Positions 14,989 through 28,599 of a stretch of DNA of 64,000 bases are shown piece after piece. Source of the DNA: Eledone cirrhosa (lineage: Eukaryota); NCBI GenBank assembly GCA_964016885.1, contig OZ024745.1, forward strand, positions 49,352,001-49,416,000, written 5' to 3'. The notes beneath the pieces were generated by a model. The model worked only from the letters and a program-made list of their open reading frames with translations. It was not told where the DNA came from and did no database searches. Numbering within the stretch: position 1 is the first letter of the stretch; each line of letters begins with the position of its first letter. A program made the translations under genes and the position numbers.

Positions 14989-15724
14989 AAAACACACAGA
15001 TACATGCGGACACACACATATATACATGAATGCATCCGCACCCAACTGTGAGTTAAGGGTGCCAACTTCACCGATGTTGCTCAATGAATGACTGGGACAG
15101 ACCAATTCAGTTTGAACCAGACTGAACCAGTATCAGAGTTAAAAATACATTATGAAGAGAGAAGAAACATTTAGATATAATTAGTAATAAAATGTATCAT
15201 ACCTAAACTGTTCCTAAATTCCTCGACTACCAGTTTAGGTATGATACATTTTATTACTAATTATATCTAAATGTTTCTTCTCTCTTCATAATGTATTTTT
15301 AACTCTGATACTGGTTCAGTCTGGTTCAAACTGAATTGGTCTGTCCCAGTCATTCATTGAGCAACATCGGTGAAGTTGGCACCCTTAACTCACAGTTGGG
15401 TGCGGATGCATTCATGTATATATGTGTGTGTCCGCATGTATCTGTGTGTTTTTAAATATATTAATAACTCCCTCTGGTCGAGCAATCTTTGAAGTGTGGG
15501 GACAACTGGAAAGCTTCCATTACTCATACTTCTCGCCTTCTTCACTACCTCTTCTACGGCCTCGATATGAATACCCCCTCCGCCTCCGTGGTATTTTCTT
15601 CGTGGTTATAAGAGGCTTAGCTCTGTTTCTCGACCGTTATATCGCGTGACTATCTCCCCCTCCGCCTTTTGGGATTCTTTCTCACGTCGTGTAGACGCGT
15701 TCTTGAGACTAGTAAAATGAGGTA

Positions 15725-15812
15725 TCCTCTTGATAAGTTGGCAGACCTCGCAGGGACTCTATATCTTTGATATATTGTTTTTGTTTATGCCACGAAACTA
15801 CGTAGTCGAGGA
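15725..15812 (+). ncRNA. Type I hammerhead ribozyme, U3-A8 core variant (copy 1)
   Basis: Stem I TCCTC/GAGGA; core TTGATAA 15730-36; stem II G-TGGCA/TGCCA-C closing a large loop; GAAA 15794-97; stem III ACTACGTAGT; GUC cleavage after 15807. Confidence 0.75.
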
Positions 15813-16315
15813 ATTTAGGAACAGTTTAGGTATGATACATTTTATTACTAATTATATCTAAATGTTTCTTCTCTCTTCATAATGTATTTTTAACTCTGAT
15901 ACTGGTTCAGTCTGGTTCAAACTGAATTGGTCTGTCCCAGTCATTCATTGAGCAACATCGGTGAAGTTGGCACCCTTAACTCACAGTTGGGTGCGGATGC
16001 ATTCATGTATATATGTGTGTGTCCGCATGTATCTGTGTGTTTTTAAATATATTAATAACTCCCTCTGGTCGAGCAATCTTTGAAGTGTGGGGACAACTGG
16101 AAAGCTTCCATTACTCATACTTCTCGCCTTCTTCACTACCTCTTCTACGGCCTCGATATGAATACCCCCTCCGCCTCCGTGGTATTTTCTTCGTGGTTAT
16201 AAGAGGCTTAGCTCTGTTTCTCGACCGTTATATCGCGTGACTATCTCCCCCTCCGCCTTTTGGGATTCTTTCTCACGTCGTGTAGACGCGTTCTTGAGAC
16301 TAGTAAAATGAGGTA

Positions 16316-16403
16316 TCCTCTTGATAAGTTGGCAGACCTCGCAGGGACTCTATATCTTTGATATATTGTTTTTGTTTATGCCACGAAACTACGTAGTCGA
16401 GGA
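16316..16403 (+). ncRNA. Type I hammerhead ribozyme, U3-A8 core variant (copy 2)
   Basis: Identical to copy 1, offset by 591 bp; cleavage after C16398. Confidence 0.75.
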
Positions 16404-16472
16404 ATTTAGGAACAGTTTAGGTATGATACATTTTATTACTAATTATATCTAAATGTTTCTTCTCTCTTCATA

Positions 16473-16544
<72 letters not shown>

Positions 16545-16545
16545 G

Positions 16546-16613
<68 letters not shown>

Positions 16614-16816
16614 CATATATATATATGTATATATATATACATATATATATATGTATATATATATACATATATATATATATATACATATATATACATATAC
16701 ATATATACATATACATATATATACATATACATATATACATATATATATATATACATATATATATATACATATATATATATACATATATACATATATATAT
16801 ATATATACATATATAC

Positions 16817-16875
<59 letters not shown>

Positions 16876-16916
16876 CATATATATATACATATATATATAT
16901 ATACATATATATATAC

Positions 16917-17003
<87 letters not shown>

Positions 17004-17465
17004 CACATATATATATATACATATATATATATACATATATATACATTCTTTCTAACACCGGATTCACTAGCGAAATGTCTGTTGCCGACTCGCTCATATA
17101 TTCACACAGCTTATGCTGAAAGAATAACTATGTTGCTTGTGTTTATTTCCATCTTCGGTTAGCTTCCCCCTGTGTTGTTTACTTGTCTCACTCGCTTTAC
17201 GCGTTTCTATTGTCCTAATAACTTATTTTAGTTATTATCGCTCCAACGTGAGGTATATGATTTTTAATGCGATGAAATGCCCATGATCGTTTGTTAAATC
17301 ACTGATTAGGGACTCATTTTATAACATGTTATCCATGTGCAACCAGCAGTATTCTCTCACCCATATTTTTCATATATATATATATATATATATATAATTC
17401 AGAAACGAAATATATATATATATATTAGAATATAAATATTAATAAAATAGATGTTCTTTTGATGA

Positions 17466-17528
17466 ATTACATTTTATTATACATATTTCGGATGTACAAC
17501 AGTACGTCCTCATCAGACAAAATATAAT
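17466..17528 (-). ncRNA. Type I hammerhead ribozyme (intact arm)
   Basis: Minus strand: ATTATATTTTGT-CTGATGA-GGACGTAC tgtt GTACATCC-GAAA-TATGTA-TA^ATAAAATGTAAT; 12-bp stem I with two G·U pairs; AUA site. Confidence 0.85.
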
Positions 17529-17621
17529 GATGCATGACATACCCTGAGATGTTAAATGGTTAAGATTTAATCAAGGTAGTGAAATCTTAACCATTTAACA
17601 TCTCAGGGTATGTCATGTATC

Positions 17622-17684
17622 ATTATATTTTGTCTGATGAGGACGTACTGTTGTACATCCGAAATATGTAAAATAAAATGTAAT
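17622..17684 (+). ncRNA. Hammerhead copy with U16.1-to-A change (probably impaired)
   Basis: Mirror of 17466-17528, but A at 17671 replaces the conserved U of the cleavage triplet. Confidence 0.6.
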
Positions 17685-17856
17685 TGATCAAAAGAACATC
17701 TATTTTATTAATATTTATATTCTAATATTAATAACTCCGGAAAATTATTACTGTAGAGTGCTTACAATCTACTGTAAAACTCATTCTTTGATATACTCAT
17801 TGAATTTTGTTTAACTCTTCAATATATATATATATTCTCACCTCTGTCAGTAGTAT

Positions 17857-17985
<129 letters not shown>

Positions 17986-18011
17986 TATACATATATGTAT
18001 ATATATATACA

Positions 18012-18105
18012 CAGGTTGTTCCCCAGAAATGTATACAACAACCTTCTAATAAATATTGCCTGTACAAGTAATCAAAGTGCGTATACATTTTTGGGGGACA
18101 CTCTG
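18012..18105. mobile_element. 94-bp Tc1/mariner-type MITE
   Basis: Imperfect TIRs CAGGTTGTTCCCCAGAAATGTATAC / GTATACATTTTTGGGGGACACTCTG in a TA context. Confidence 0.65.
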
Positions 18106-18173
<68 letters not shown>

Positions 18174-19439
18174 ATATGTATGCTATACTTGCTTGTTTTA
18201 ATGGCCAAATACATTTGTTGAATAACCCACTTGTGTTATTGCGCACATTGTTTATGCACTTGTGTACATGTTCATGTGCAAGCGTGCAGCGTGTGTGTGT
18301 GTGCAACAGGCAACATTTGCATGCATACGTACTTGTTAGTGTATTTATTGATTTTGTTGGTGGGAAATTATTCAGCTGTGCTAGATCTCTGACTCACTGA
18401 CAACTTAGACATAGATTGTCTAAGTTAAACTTCCATATTCTTCAATGCCATTTCCTTCTTTTCCTAAGAAATTCACCCTGTATCTCTCTCAATGTATGTT
18501 TCCAAATATATTTCATTTATCAAATAATTAAAATCAACTCTTATTCTCGAGCAACTTTTATTATGCGAGCAAATGTGTAAATATATGTTTAGACCGTATG
18601 ACTCATCGATACATTTCTAGGTTACATGCTTTTTCTTTTTTTCTTATTTCCCATTTTTTTTTTGTTTAATCTAATCAATGATGGTACGGTTGCTCTTATT
18701 TCCCTATACATATTATTCGAACCGTTCTCTAAACATATGGCTATTGGTTATCTATTGTCATTATTGTTATTGTTGTTGTTTTTGTTGTTATATACTGTGT
18801 ATGTGTTTGGCTATATTTGCTATTCGTGTGTTTCTGTTGGAAACACGATTTAAATGTTACAAATTAACTACATAATGCATTCGATTGTGTACAAAAACAT
18901 CTAAATGAGATTTTCGACGTTGTTTCGGTTATAAATGGATTTAAGAAATTACAGAAACAAAGCGAAAACAACAACTGACTACAACAAAAACGGCAGCAAC
19001 AAAAAATGGGACCAAAAGAGAATGCAAACATGTCGAATGATTAGTGAAACGAGGGAGTTCAATAGAAGAACGTTATCATGTGTACATTTATTTTTGGAGG
19101 GAGTTGGAAGGATTGTTAGAAAATCTGAATAAATTTGAATTTTATTTTCATTTTTTTTTTAGAAATAAAAACTTAGAAGCCTTGAACAGTGTATTTGATC
19201 TTAAATACGGGATTTTATTCGTTTTCGAAGTCAGCACACAGGCAGATTAAACAGTACATGCTGTGTGTAGGAGATGCTGTTTGGTCTAACAAATGTGTGA
19301 TGGTCTCAACAGTTTTAACATTGTGATGGGCCGAAATAGGCGAAAATATAGCTTGGAAAATGAAAACCCAGTTTGTTCAATTGTTCTAAGTAGATATTTA
19401 ATGGACTCCCGGTCGATTTCGACGTATAAGGATCCAAAC

Positions 19440-19535
19440 TTCTCAGTGTCAAGCCATCAGTTTCTATGATCGAAGTGTGTAATGCATAGTCTAGACAGAT
19501 GATGAACAAGTATGAGATGAAAGGGTCGCCCTAGA
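19440..19535 (-). mobile_element. Short RTE-like RT fragment
   Basis: GDP…YLFIICLDYAL resembles RT motif QGDxLSPYLFIIxLDY. Confidence 0.55.
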
Positions 19536-20169
19536 AAACGCATCTGCCTCAGGCATTTTTAAATGTGGAATACTCAGCCAGTTTGTTCAGTTGATCGTAT
19601 ATTTGAACGACCATGCGTCGTTCTCTTGAACGACCATGCGTCGTTCTCGTCGAATACGCTACGTTTTTCCTAAAATAAGTCTAAAAAAATCTATCATGCG
19701 TCTTGGAGGCCGAAGGTTGTTTATTATTTTTTTCAAATTTTGGATGTCAAAATTAGGGTACATCCTCGAGGACAAAGCGTCTTCGGCACCGGGAAATACG
19801 GTATTGAGAACTGACTTGACAACCTACAGCGTTCCGGGTTCAAGTCGACAGCGCTGCACCTTCAGCAATTGTATTCTACTCAGTGGAATCCCCATTGTGC
19901 ACGTGTGGATCCCCATCCACGAGTGTGCGCGTGTCTGTGTGTGTGTTTGTGTGTGTATATATGTTTAGGTTTTAATGCGTTGTCTTGAATTGCATTTCTT
20001 TAACTAAAGCGTTAGTTTAGTAATTCAATAAATATAGATCGATAAAATAAACACCAGACGGGAATACGTAGCAAGGTCGATACGATCGACTATAAACGTT
20101 TGAAGATGCTGCCCCGTCATGATGTTCTCAGTCTCATAACTAAAACCATTGAACAGATAGAATAAAATT

Positions 20170-20201
<32 letters not shown>

Positions 20202-20258
20202 ATACACACACATGCACACGCACACACACACAAACGCACACGTATACACACATATATA

Positions 20259-20318
<60 letters not shown>

Positions 20319-22817
20319 CCTTTTCGGTGCCCCAGTATGACAGCAGTCTAATGACAGAAGCAAGTAAAAGAATAAAAAATAAAACATATATATATATATG
20401 TATGTGTGTGTGTGTGTGTGTGTGTGTGAGTATATATGCATATAAATATACAATCAATATACACACGTTAACAAAATGATAGTTCCTAACGAAAATCTCT
20501 AACCATTCATTTTCTGTTGTCTCTATAATGCTAAATATTATATAAACAAGGCAGCGTTGCTTTGGCATGGTTATTACGCTTGCCACACAGATACACTGCA
20601 ATTATACTAATAACTTACGTCATCGTAAATGTGTTTCGCGTGCAAATTTCCATTTTGTATAAAAATTTCCGCATCGTTGCTTAGGCTTTGTATCCTGGTG
20701 TCACAAGTCGCATAGACAGAAATCGACGAAAAGAAGCAATAATATTGATTTATAATTTAAGCACAAGGCCAGCACACTGTGGTGAAAGGCAGAGTTGATT
20801 AAATCAATCCCAGTAATAACTGGTATTTTTTGAAATCGGGGGACTTGGTCTAAACGTTTGCAATTCAGGTGATTCTTGTAAATGTACCGAAGCACCATCC
20901 AAGAATAGTAGTAGTAGTCCCTCCGACAGATTTCCACATGTTTATGTCTACAATTATTGATCCACAACTATGACAGAAGCCAATTATTTATGGTGGTGTG
21001 TAGTGTGATTGAACCCCAAATCACATCGTTGCGAAATATACATCTTAACCATACAGTCATGCCTACTTACAGAGAGTATACATGATGACTGATTTGAGTT
21101 GGAAACTTTAGACTTGATATATTAATAAAGATTTCTGATCTTGATACAAGGCCAGAAATTTATGGAAAGGGAAAGTCGAATATATCGACCACAATACATG
21201 ACTGAGACTTTATTGTATCAATCCCGGAAGGATGAAAGCAATGTTTTAAGTTTAAATTGATCCCAGTAGGGCCTTCTGTGGTCGACACAGTGAGTACAAG
21301 TAATCTACTGGGGGTCGATTTAATCATCTTATACCTTCTCCTAAAAATCCTTTGCCTTTTATCTAAGTTTGACTTACGTAGAAAATCAATATTAATGAAT
21401 AATATACGGCATTGTATATATTATAATATACATTTACTAAGATCTATCCAGTATGTTCACTTGTAGTAATATAAAATATGTATAAAACATTCTTAGAGCT
21501 CAATGGGATGAGATAAGGCGTCAGATAAAATATTTAGATTCGACACTTTATATTTTGGATTCAAATTACATTGGGATTGAATTTAAATATACTAAACATG
21601 TACCGGTGTTGATTGCAATGGGCGATAATATGTGCTAATTTCCTACTTCGGTGTATTTATTAGTCACTTGCATAATATTAACAGGATTGTCATAAATAAA
21701 AAGGAACTACACGGGAAAGGTTATCTGTTGCTTAGCAATATAAATATATTTATGTGTTTTTGAATGAGAAGAATGCAAAACTAACCCACTTCCCTTTGAG
21801 GTTTTCATATTAACTATAAATAGGAAATTAACACCATAGGGAGTAATCCAGACTGTATCTTGGTTAAGGTTTTAAGGGATTTGACTCAGACTTAGGAAGC
21901 AGTAATTCAGTTATACATTTACGTTCTTTTGAATGAAACTTGATAAAGACATGATTTGATGGCTGCTGTCAACGAATACAGCGTTGTCGATCATTTCTTT
22001 TTCTACTTTAGGCTCAAGGCCAGCAATTTGAAGGGGGAGTTGAACTCAGCGAACAGAGAGCCAGAACGAATACCGCCAAGCATTCTATCTGACGTTCTAA
22101 CGACTGTGCCAATTCGCCTCCCTAAACATTGATTATTAAAATACTAAATGCGCAGTTTGAAATGGGACCTACATTTCTATTTGACCCAGGCCGATCACCA
22201 GCTTTTGGGGCCAACATTTTACAACTGGCATGAGACTATTACTTATTCCCATAAGCCCCCTTCATAAAGCTCATAAAACGTCAAACTGAATGACACACCA
22301 TAACACCAATATTATCAGTTTTCAGGCACCCCTACACTTTTTAACCGGGTAAGGAAATAAATATCATAAATGATCTTTAAACAAGTGATAAGTGTAATTC
22401 ATGGCTCATTTGATTAACACATACAGCTGAACCACAAATATCTAGAATCAACAGGTTAGGGTGTTATATACGATCGCTTGGTATGTTAGAAATAGCAGCC
22501 AAATCTACTTCGAACTACTCCCTGCCAGCTTAAAATGGGAAGAACACATTGGATATTGTAATCCTAGGAGCATTGTGTCCGAAAACAAAACGGACAGGTA
22601 ACGATTGGAATGGATTTGATCAAAGGTATGCTTTGTCAAAGCCATCTCCGGGTTAAATAATAGTAACAACAATACCAGCAAACATGAATCAAGATACAAC
22701 ATCATCATAAAACAGTCCCAGTCGTATCTGCTTTAAACAGACTCAGACACATCTTTACCTCTCACACATGCTCACTCTATCTACCTATCAATCTATCTAT
22801 CTGCCTATCTAACTATC

Positions 22818-23308
22818 TATCTTTCAAAAACGAAAGAGCGGCGGTTTTCCTCTGTATAGTGGCTATGATGAAAGAGGTTATATGGTGGACGAGATTGAGA
22901 GGACTGAGGACAGATGCTTTTCTCACCGGACAACAACTCATTCCCTTCTTTAGGAGAAGAATCAGAGTGGAGAGAGAGGCACTGTACCCCAGTAAATTTA
23001 CTGAAAGGTGAGTGAATGTAGCAAAAATGGCCCGAGTGATTGGACCTTTTCTGTATATAAACCTGTAGGTTGAAGAAGAGAGCAAAAGGAAGAAAGGAGC
23101 ACTTGCACAACACGCCCCTGAAGTTGAGGGTTGTTCATCGACGGGGTATTAAACAACCCATTTGTAACGCCTCTCCCCCTATTGGGGATTTCGGTTGTTA
23201 AATTTGTTTGTTTTAATAATATTTTCACACGGCTGCATGTAAAATCCTCGGCATGTGTCTTTGTATTGTCCTCTTTTCTTGTGCGCCTTTGTGGCAAATA
23301 AAGAAATA
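22818..23308 (+). mobile_element. 3' end of an L1/Tx1-like LINE
   Basis: AVFLCIVAMMKEVIWWTRLRGL…RIRVERE…F..R*VNVAKMARV, then a 3' UTR ending AATAAAGAAAT beside a microsatellite; homologous to 40815-41395 (-). Confidence 0.6.
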
Positions 23309-23587
23309 TATCTATCTAGTTAGCTAGCTAGCTAGCTCGCTCACATGCCTACACACATTTGAGTCAATATTTACTTCCAGTGAACCGCTCTTCTGATATT
23401 GTCCACTGTGTCTGTTCGTGTTTGGTGCCGCCCCCACCACAGTGTTTAAAAACAGGCTTAAGCAGCAAAACATCTGATAATTCAACATGTTAGTATATAT
23501 TAGTATATTTAACTGTCAATGTAACACCTCCCACGGACAAACCGCAACCAGAGTAATGAATGCTTAGTACATGTTGTTATATGTTAA

Positions 23588-23776
23588 CAGATCTGTCAAC
23601 CTCCAAAAACGGAAGCGGGGGAGTACCATGAGAAAAAGTGCACCAAAAACGGGGAGAAATGAGGGAAAATGGGGAGATTTTACATAATGAAAGCTATTTT
23701 CACAAGAGAAGAGATCTCTCACCCACCCAAGTGGGTGGGAGATCTCCTCGTCCGACGAGGAGAGTTGACAGCGCTG
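23588..23776. mobile_element. MITE with CAGA(C/T)CTG(T/C)CAAC TIRs (hAT-like)
   Basis: TIRs CAGATCTGTCAAC/GTTGACAGCGCTG with a flanking TGTTAA duplication; homologues at 30457-30591 and 37554-37710. Confidence 0.7.
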
Positions 23777-23842
23777 TGTTAAGATGTATTAGTATATTTA
23801 ACTGTTACTATAATACATCTCACGAACAAACTGCTACCAGAC

Positions 23843-23988
23843 TAAATAGAAAGATGTAAAGCGTATTTAGCAATTGTTGATACATTTCCCCTTAAGTAAA
23901 CTTATGTTATATATTATTTCTTATCACAAGTTTACTTACGTAGAAAATGCCTCAACAATTGTTAGATACGTCTTACATCTGTCTATTT
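23843..23988. repeat. Imperfect foldback with arms of about 65 bp
   Basis: TAAATAGA-AGATGTAA…CAATTGTTGA…TAAGTAAACTT mirrors AAGTTTACTTA…TCAACAATTG…TTACATCT-TCTATTTA. Confidence 0.7.
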
Positions 23989-24307
23989 ATTGCACAACCA
24001 TCATAGTAGGAGGTAGCAAACGTCATTACTAGACGAATAACATACGTAACAAGGAGGGGTGGAGTGCGAATAACTGGTAAAGTAGATGTGGGAGTAAACA
24101 TATTCAAGAGATGATGAGACTGATAATAACGACGACATTAACTCTCCAACAATTCAACAGCAGATAACATGTGAAGAAGCGAAATCTTAGTCATTCTTTT
24201 ACGTTTTTACTGGTTTCAGTCGATCTTTTATCGGACCGTTACGTTATGGAACATAAAGACAAACACAAGTGCAAACGCAAACATAGACATTGACACACAT
24301 ACATACT

Positions 24308-24371
<64 letters not shown>

Positions 24372-24537
24372 AATTAGGATTGGTGCTCTGAAATAGCGAT
24401 GTATACATGGATGTATGTATAGTATATTTGGCAATATACCGTATGTTTAATTAAAAACATTTTTAAGACCTTGCGCTATCATTTTAAAGTAGGGAAAGGA
24501 AGGGAGAGAAGCTGACAAATATACTATACATACATTA

Positions 24538-24591
<54 letters not shown>

Positions 24592-24592
24592 G

Positions 24593-24752
24593 ACGTGTTT
24601 TTGCTGTTTCCGCCAGCCAAATAAACTCACATGGTATAGGTCAACCCGAGTCTATAGTAGAAAACACTTGTCCAAGGTGCCACGTTGTGGCATTGAACCC
24701 GAAACCATGATGTTGCGAAGAAGACTCCTTAACACATAACCATGTCTGCGCT
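24593..24752 (-). mobile_element. Second tRNA-derived SINE family
   Basis: CTATAGTAGAA-ACACTTG-CCAAGGTGCCAC…GAACCC-AAACCAT…TTAAC-CA-A-CCATG-CTGCGC; related remnants near 20990-21065, 40000-40090, 56380-56505 and 61240-61312. Confidence 0.7.
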
Positions 24753-25137
24753 TATTTCAAATTCTCGTTATCATTTCATCAACAATACTTGCAGAAAACG
24801 TCACAAGTAGTTTTCTCTGAATGCTATTTTATTCGTTAAACAGCGAAACTACACAAGATTGCTGACATCACCACTAATGGAAGCACCTACATCTTTGACT
24901 TCCTGTCTGTCACATTCCATACACAGCTAGCCTCATCAACACGATATGTAATTTATATACATAAAGCTTTCTATAATATTTGTAGCAGAACAGCTGACGT
25001 CCCATTTTGTCGGAAGTCCTAGTGATGGCTGTGCTTCCTCCTAAAACATCTGGAATTCATTGAAAATTCTCTCTTATATATTATGTGAATATAATGTGAA
25101 GGTATTTGAGATAGTGTTTAACAAGCGACTGTTATTT

Positions 25138-25196
<59 letters not shown>

Positions 25197-25354
25197 TTCA
25201 CAGGTTGCTAAGCTGAGGGGTGGCTTTGGGGATGAACTCGCACTGCTTAAAAAATGCTCCTCGTGACATGCGCATCAAATAGCCTCTGGCAACCAAATCC
25301 AACTCCTGGCCTTCTTATGTGGCCTAACATGCAAACCCGGCGGAACTCTCCCTA

Positions 25355-25482
25355 TTGGGGCCTATGTGTCACCAACACCTACTTCAAATCCAAAGCTCAG
25401 CCAAAAGTTTACTGGCGTCATCCTCGCTCAGGGCACCTGCACCAGCTAAATCTGATCCTCACAAGACGCAACCACCTGAAAA
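25355..25482 (+). mobile_element. RTE-clade APE endonuclease fragment
   Basis: LCVTNTYFKSKAQPKVYWRHPRSGHLHQLNLILTRR matches the RTE/BovB-type EN motif (TNTxF…WRHPRSxHWHQLD). Confidence 0.8.
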
Positions 25483-25491
25483 CGTGCATGC

Positions 25492-25545
<54 letters not shown>

Positions 25546-25585
25546 TCATGTCTTTGTTTACGTTTGTGTCAGACTTAAAAATAAT

Positions 25586-25804
25586 GATTTCTGATTTAGG
25601 CACAAGGTCAACAATTTTTAGAGAAAGGGAAAGTCGATAAAATCGACCCCAGTATATTACTGGTACTTTATTTTATCGACCCTGTAACGATGAAAGGGAA
25701 AGCTAACCTCGGCGGGATTTGAAATCAGAACTTCAAGGGCCGTAACTATGCCGCGAAGCATGGTGTCTGACGCTCTACCGATATTGCCAATCCACCGCCC
25801 TCAC
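25586..25804 (-). mobile_element. Full-length SINE with a 16-bp target-site duplication
   Basis: TSD CAGACTTAAAAATAAT at 25570-85 and 25805-20. Confidence 0.9.
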
Positions 25805-27262
25805 CAGACTTAAAAATAATAAGTACTGACGTCGTCATGATCGACTCAATACCATGAAGGGAATAACCCCCCACGGTCGTAACCAAATGATTGAAACCAG
25901 TGAAAGGATAAAGGAATAATAAAGGAGTGAAACAACATATATTATTTCTATTGTCAAGTTTAAAGGTTCTTCATAAATCTCTCAGCAATATTTGGGGTGT
26001 CGTATCTTACAAGAAAATTGGCGAGTAGTCTAAGAAAACCATCAATTATACTGCATATATTCTCTTTAAGTTAGGTTTAGATCAAGTAGAATTTCACTCA
26101 TCACGATGCTTCATCCTATGTGTTGTTCAGTAGTAGACTAACAGTCGGTTCTGTTGCGTGGGTATCTAGAAACAATTTGATGGATTAACCTTATTCTTCG
26201 TAAGAACGAACTGCATTGACATGATTCAACAAACTTTACAAACTAGCCAGCCAGTTGTGATGGGTGTAGCCACATAGTTACATTTAGAAAAGACTAATTT
26301 AGTATGTTGCTACAGTAACGACTTATAAAGTAGCCAACTGGTGATAGCGGTAAGCTATTTAGCGAAATAGTTTTCTATGGTATCTAATTTTGCTCCTGTC
26401 ACCGCCTCGTATTCTTCACAATTTATTCATTGATATAGGTGATTTGTTTATCTATTTCTATTTTATATGGCAGTTTGTAAACAATAGCATCGTTGGTTTA
26501 GATGGGCCAAACACTGGTTCAGATGTCTCCACCGGGCCAAACACTGGGTCACCGCATATCTGACATTGAGAGTGATAAAGAAGTACTGGTAATTCAGCAC
26601 AGAAGAAATATCACAAAGAAAGCCATAAGATGGGCGCTAGTTTTTCGTTTTGTGATTGGCCATTTGGGGATTTCAATGATAGCGGTAAGAATTTCTCAAT
26701 TAAATGGGGATCCTGGAAAGATTCCGCCACTATTTAAATGGCTCTAGTATGTGCGATTTGTATAGGAGAGTGGAAATATACTGCACAATTCCACAAACTA
26801 TCTTAACACGAGGGCCGATTTCTTCAATTGCTGTCCCCACGCATATAAATTTATACACAAGAACTGCAAAATTCCACTCACACAAGATAACAACATTCGA
26901 TACCACAGATTCCACCAATAGTTCCAATAACAAACGATATCTCCATATTACTTCCACGCGGATTCTTCTTTACGTGATTGCTTTTTTAAACTCTTTCCTT
27001 TTTTTCATCCCTTCCTGCCGCAAATGAAAATACTTCAACAGTTAACTCCCTTTAATTTTTCAAAGACAAATTTCATGTACATCTCTAATCCCATATCAAA
27101 TTACCTCCCATGTTTTTGCCTCTATATGTACATCACTATTTCTTATTCTTTTATAATCTTGCATATTTTGAAGGAAAAAACTACAACCATTATAAAATGG
27201 CGTCGAAATAAGCTGAGAAACTATAATCTAGCCTCAGTGACTGATCATATATATATATATAT

Positions 27263-27951
27263 CTTTAGGTTTGTTGGTTCACCACTGGATAGAATTGGTC
27301 ATTCCGTATGGTCAATCTTCGTGTAATATTATGGAGAGTACTCAACGTAGTGCAGTTCACCCGTCTTCGTTTGTGTAGTTGGTGGTGCGAATACGGAGTT
27401 AATTATAAATAAAATAACAGGAGGCTGGACTGGTGTAAATCCTTGAAAGGTTTATTATACTATGATCATTTCAATGACCGGGTTCCATATGAATCCGGTG
27501 ATATCATCAGGTATTGGAATATAACAAAGGAATATGTAAAAAACTATGGGTCCGAAAAATCAGAGACAGAGACAAAGAGGTCGACTGACCAACTAGCTGC
27601 CTTCACCTCGGCCAGTCGCCCTCAAAGTGATGGCAACTGAATCTACTAATGACCATCTGGTGAGGGGGGCGAAGGCTTATAATGCACTAGCACCTCTCCT
27701 CTTAAATATAGATTCTTTGGAATAGCATTTTTCGCGGCATTTTCTAGCATGAATGTAGTGTGACCCTTACGCTGACGTCTTTCTTCCTTTTTTTCTTCTT
27801 TCTTCTTTTCTTTCTTTGTTCCCCCTTTTCTTTGACGGAGAGGTGGTAGTGCATTATAAGCCTTCGCCCCCTGGAACCCGGTCATTGAAATGATCATAGT
27901 ATAATAAACCTTTCAAGGATTTACATCAGTCCAGCCTCCTCTTATTTTATT

Positions 27952-27955
<4 letters not shown>
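27263..27955 (-). mobile_element. (TA)n-embedded element with an inverted, internally deleted terminal arm
   Basis: 27872-27955 mirrors 27404-27487 and 27837-27871 mirrors 27665-27699; about 177 bp (27488-27664) is absent from the right arm; TA tracts on both sides. Confidence 0.8.
27457..27514 (-). ncRNA. Type I hammerhead ribozyme
   Basis: Minus strand: ATAC-CTGATGA-TATCACCGGATTCATATGGAACCCGGTCATT-GAAA-TGATCA-TA^GTAT; palindromic stem III ATGATCAT; stem I short and first stem II pair mismatched. Confidence 0.7.
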
Positions 27956-27987
<32 letters not shown>

Positions 27988-28599
27988 CAAGATATTTGTA
28001 GATAAAAAGTCAAGTAAAGTGCTCAATCTATTGCAAGAGAGCTTATTTAGTTTATATCAAAATTTCATACACTTAACATGTATGCGCGACCTTGGGTTTT
28101 GTAGTTCAGTTATGGCCACCATTGTATAGCGGAGGAGCCGGTCTCAAACCCGCCTCACTCATCGAACGCAATGATAAAAATTTAAAGAAAAACCGTTACT
28201 TCACGAAATGTGGTCATATTTCGTTGAGAGTTCTCCTCAAGAACAGAGGGTGAGGGGGGGGGGGGGGGTAATTAAAAAAAACAACTAGATTATAATAAAA
28301 CATCACTATTGTTTCTTTCCTATAAGGGCGGGATTTATTCAGAATATTCCAGTTAATCTTCTATGGCATCCCTTTATCCTTCAGAGTCCATACGTAATTT
28401 GGCCGTCCTCGTTTCCTGATGTGATATGTGAGTTGTAACCTTGTTCAAACCGGTCTTGTGTTATACCCACGTATCGTTCTCTACTCTCTGTGTGGTTGGT
28501 TATAGTTGGTATGATAGTGACTTCATATACGACCGACTTGGTATGACATCTTTATTTTTCATGAAAGTCAAGGGTTTACAGCAGGCTCGTGTTTATTTG

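Larger units (their letters stand above)
14980..16477 (+). mobile_element. Non-autonomous Penelope-like/retrozyme-like element: inverted partial copy plus 2.1 tandem copies of a 591-bp unit
   Basis: 14980-15230 is the reverse complement of 15802-16052; tandem units 15231-15821, 15822-16412 and partial 16413-16477; (TA)n on both sides; a hammerhead in each full unit. Confidence 0.8.
17422..17822 (+). mobile_element. (TA)n-embedded palindromic element: 147-bp arms, 13-bp spacer, 3' tail of about 95 bp
   Basis: 17422-17568 versus 17582-17728 with 3 mismatches; followed by TAATAACTCCGG…. Confidence 0.85.

Noticed and set aside
15422-16240. Duplicated 75-aa ORF in the 591-bp unit
   Set aside because: Starts in a TG-rich stretch and has no recognisable motif; duplicated only because the unit is duplicated
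17190-17250. Minus-strand GAAACGCGTA resembling a Penelope-type hammerhead 3' half
   Set aside because: No CUGANGA upstream; at most a decayed remnant
27404-27955. SECIS-like element in the inverted arm
   Set aside because: The ATGA/GA spacing is unconvincing and the hairpin is explained as hammerhead stem II
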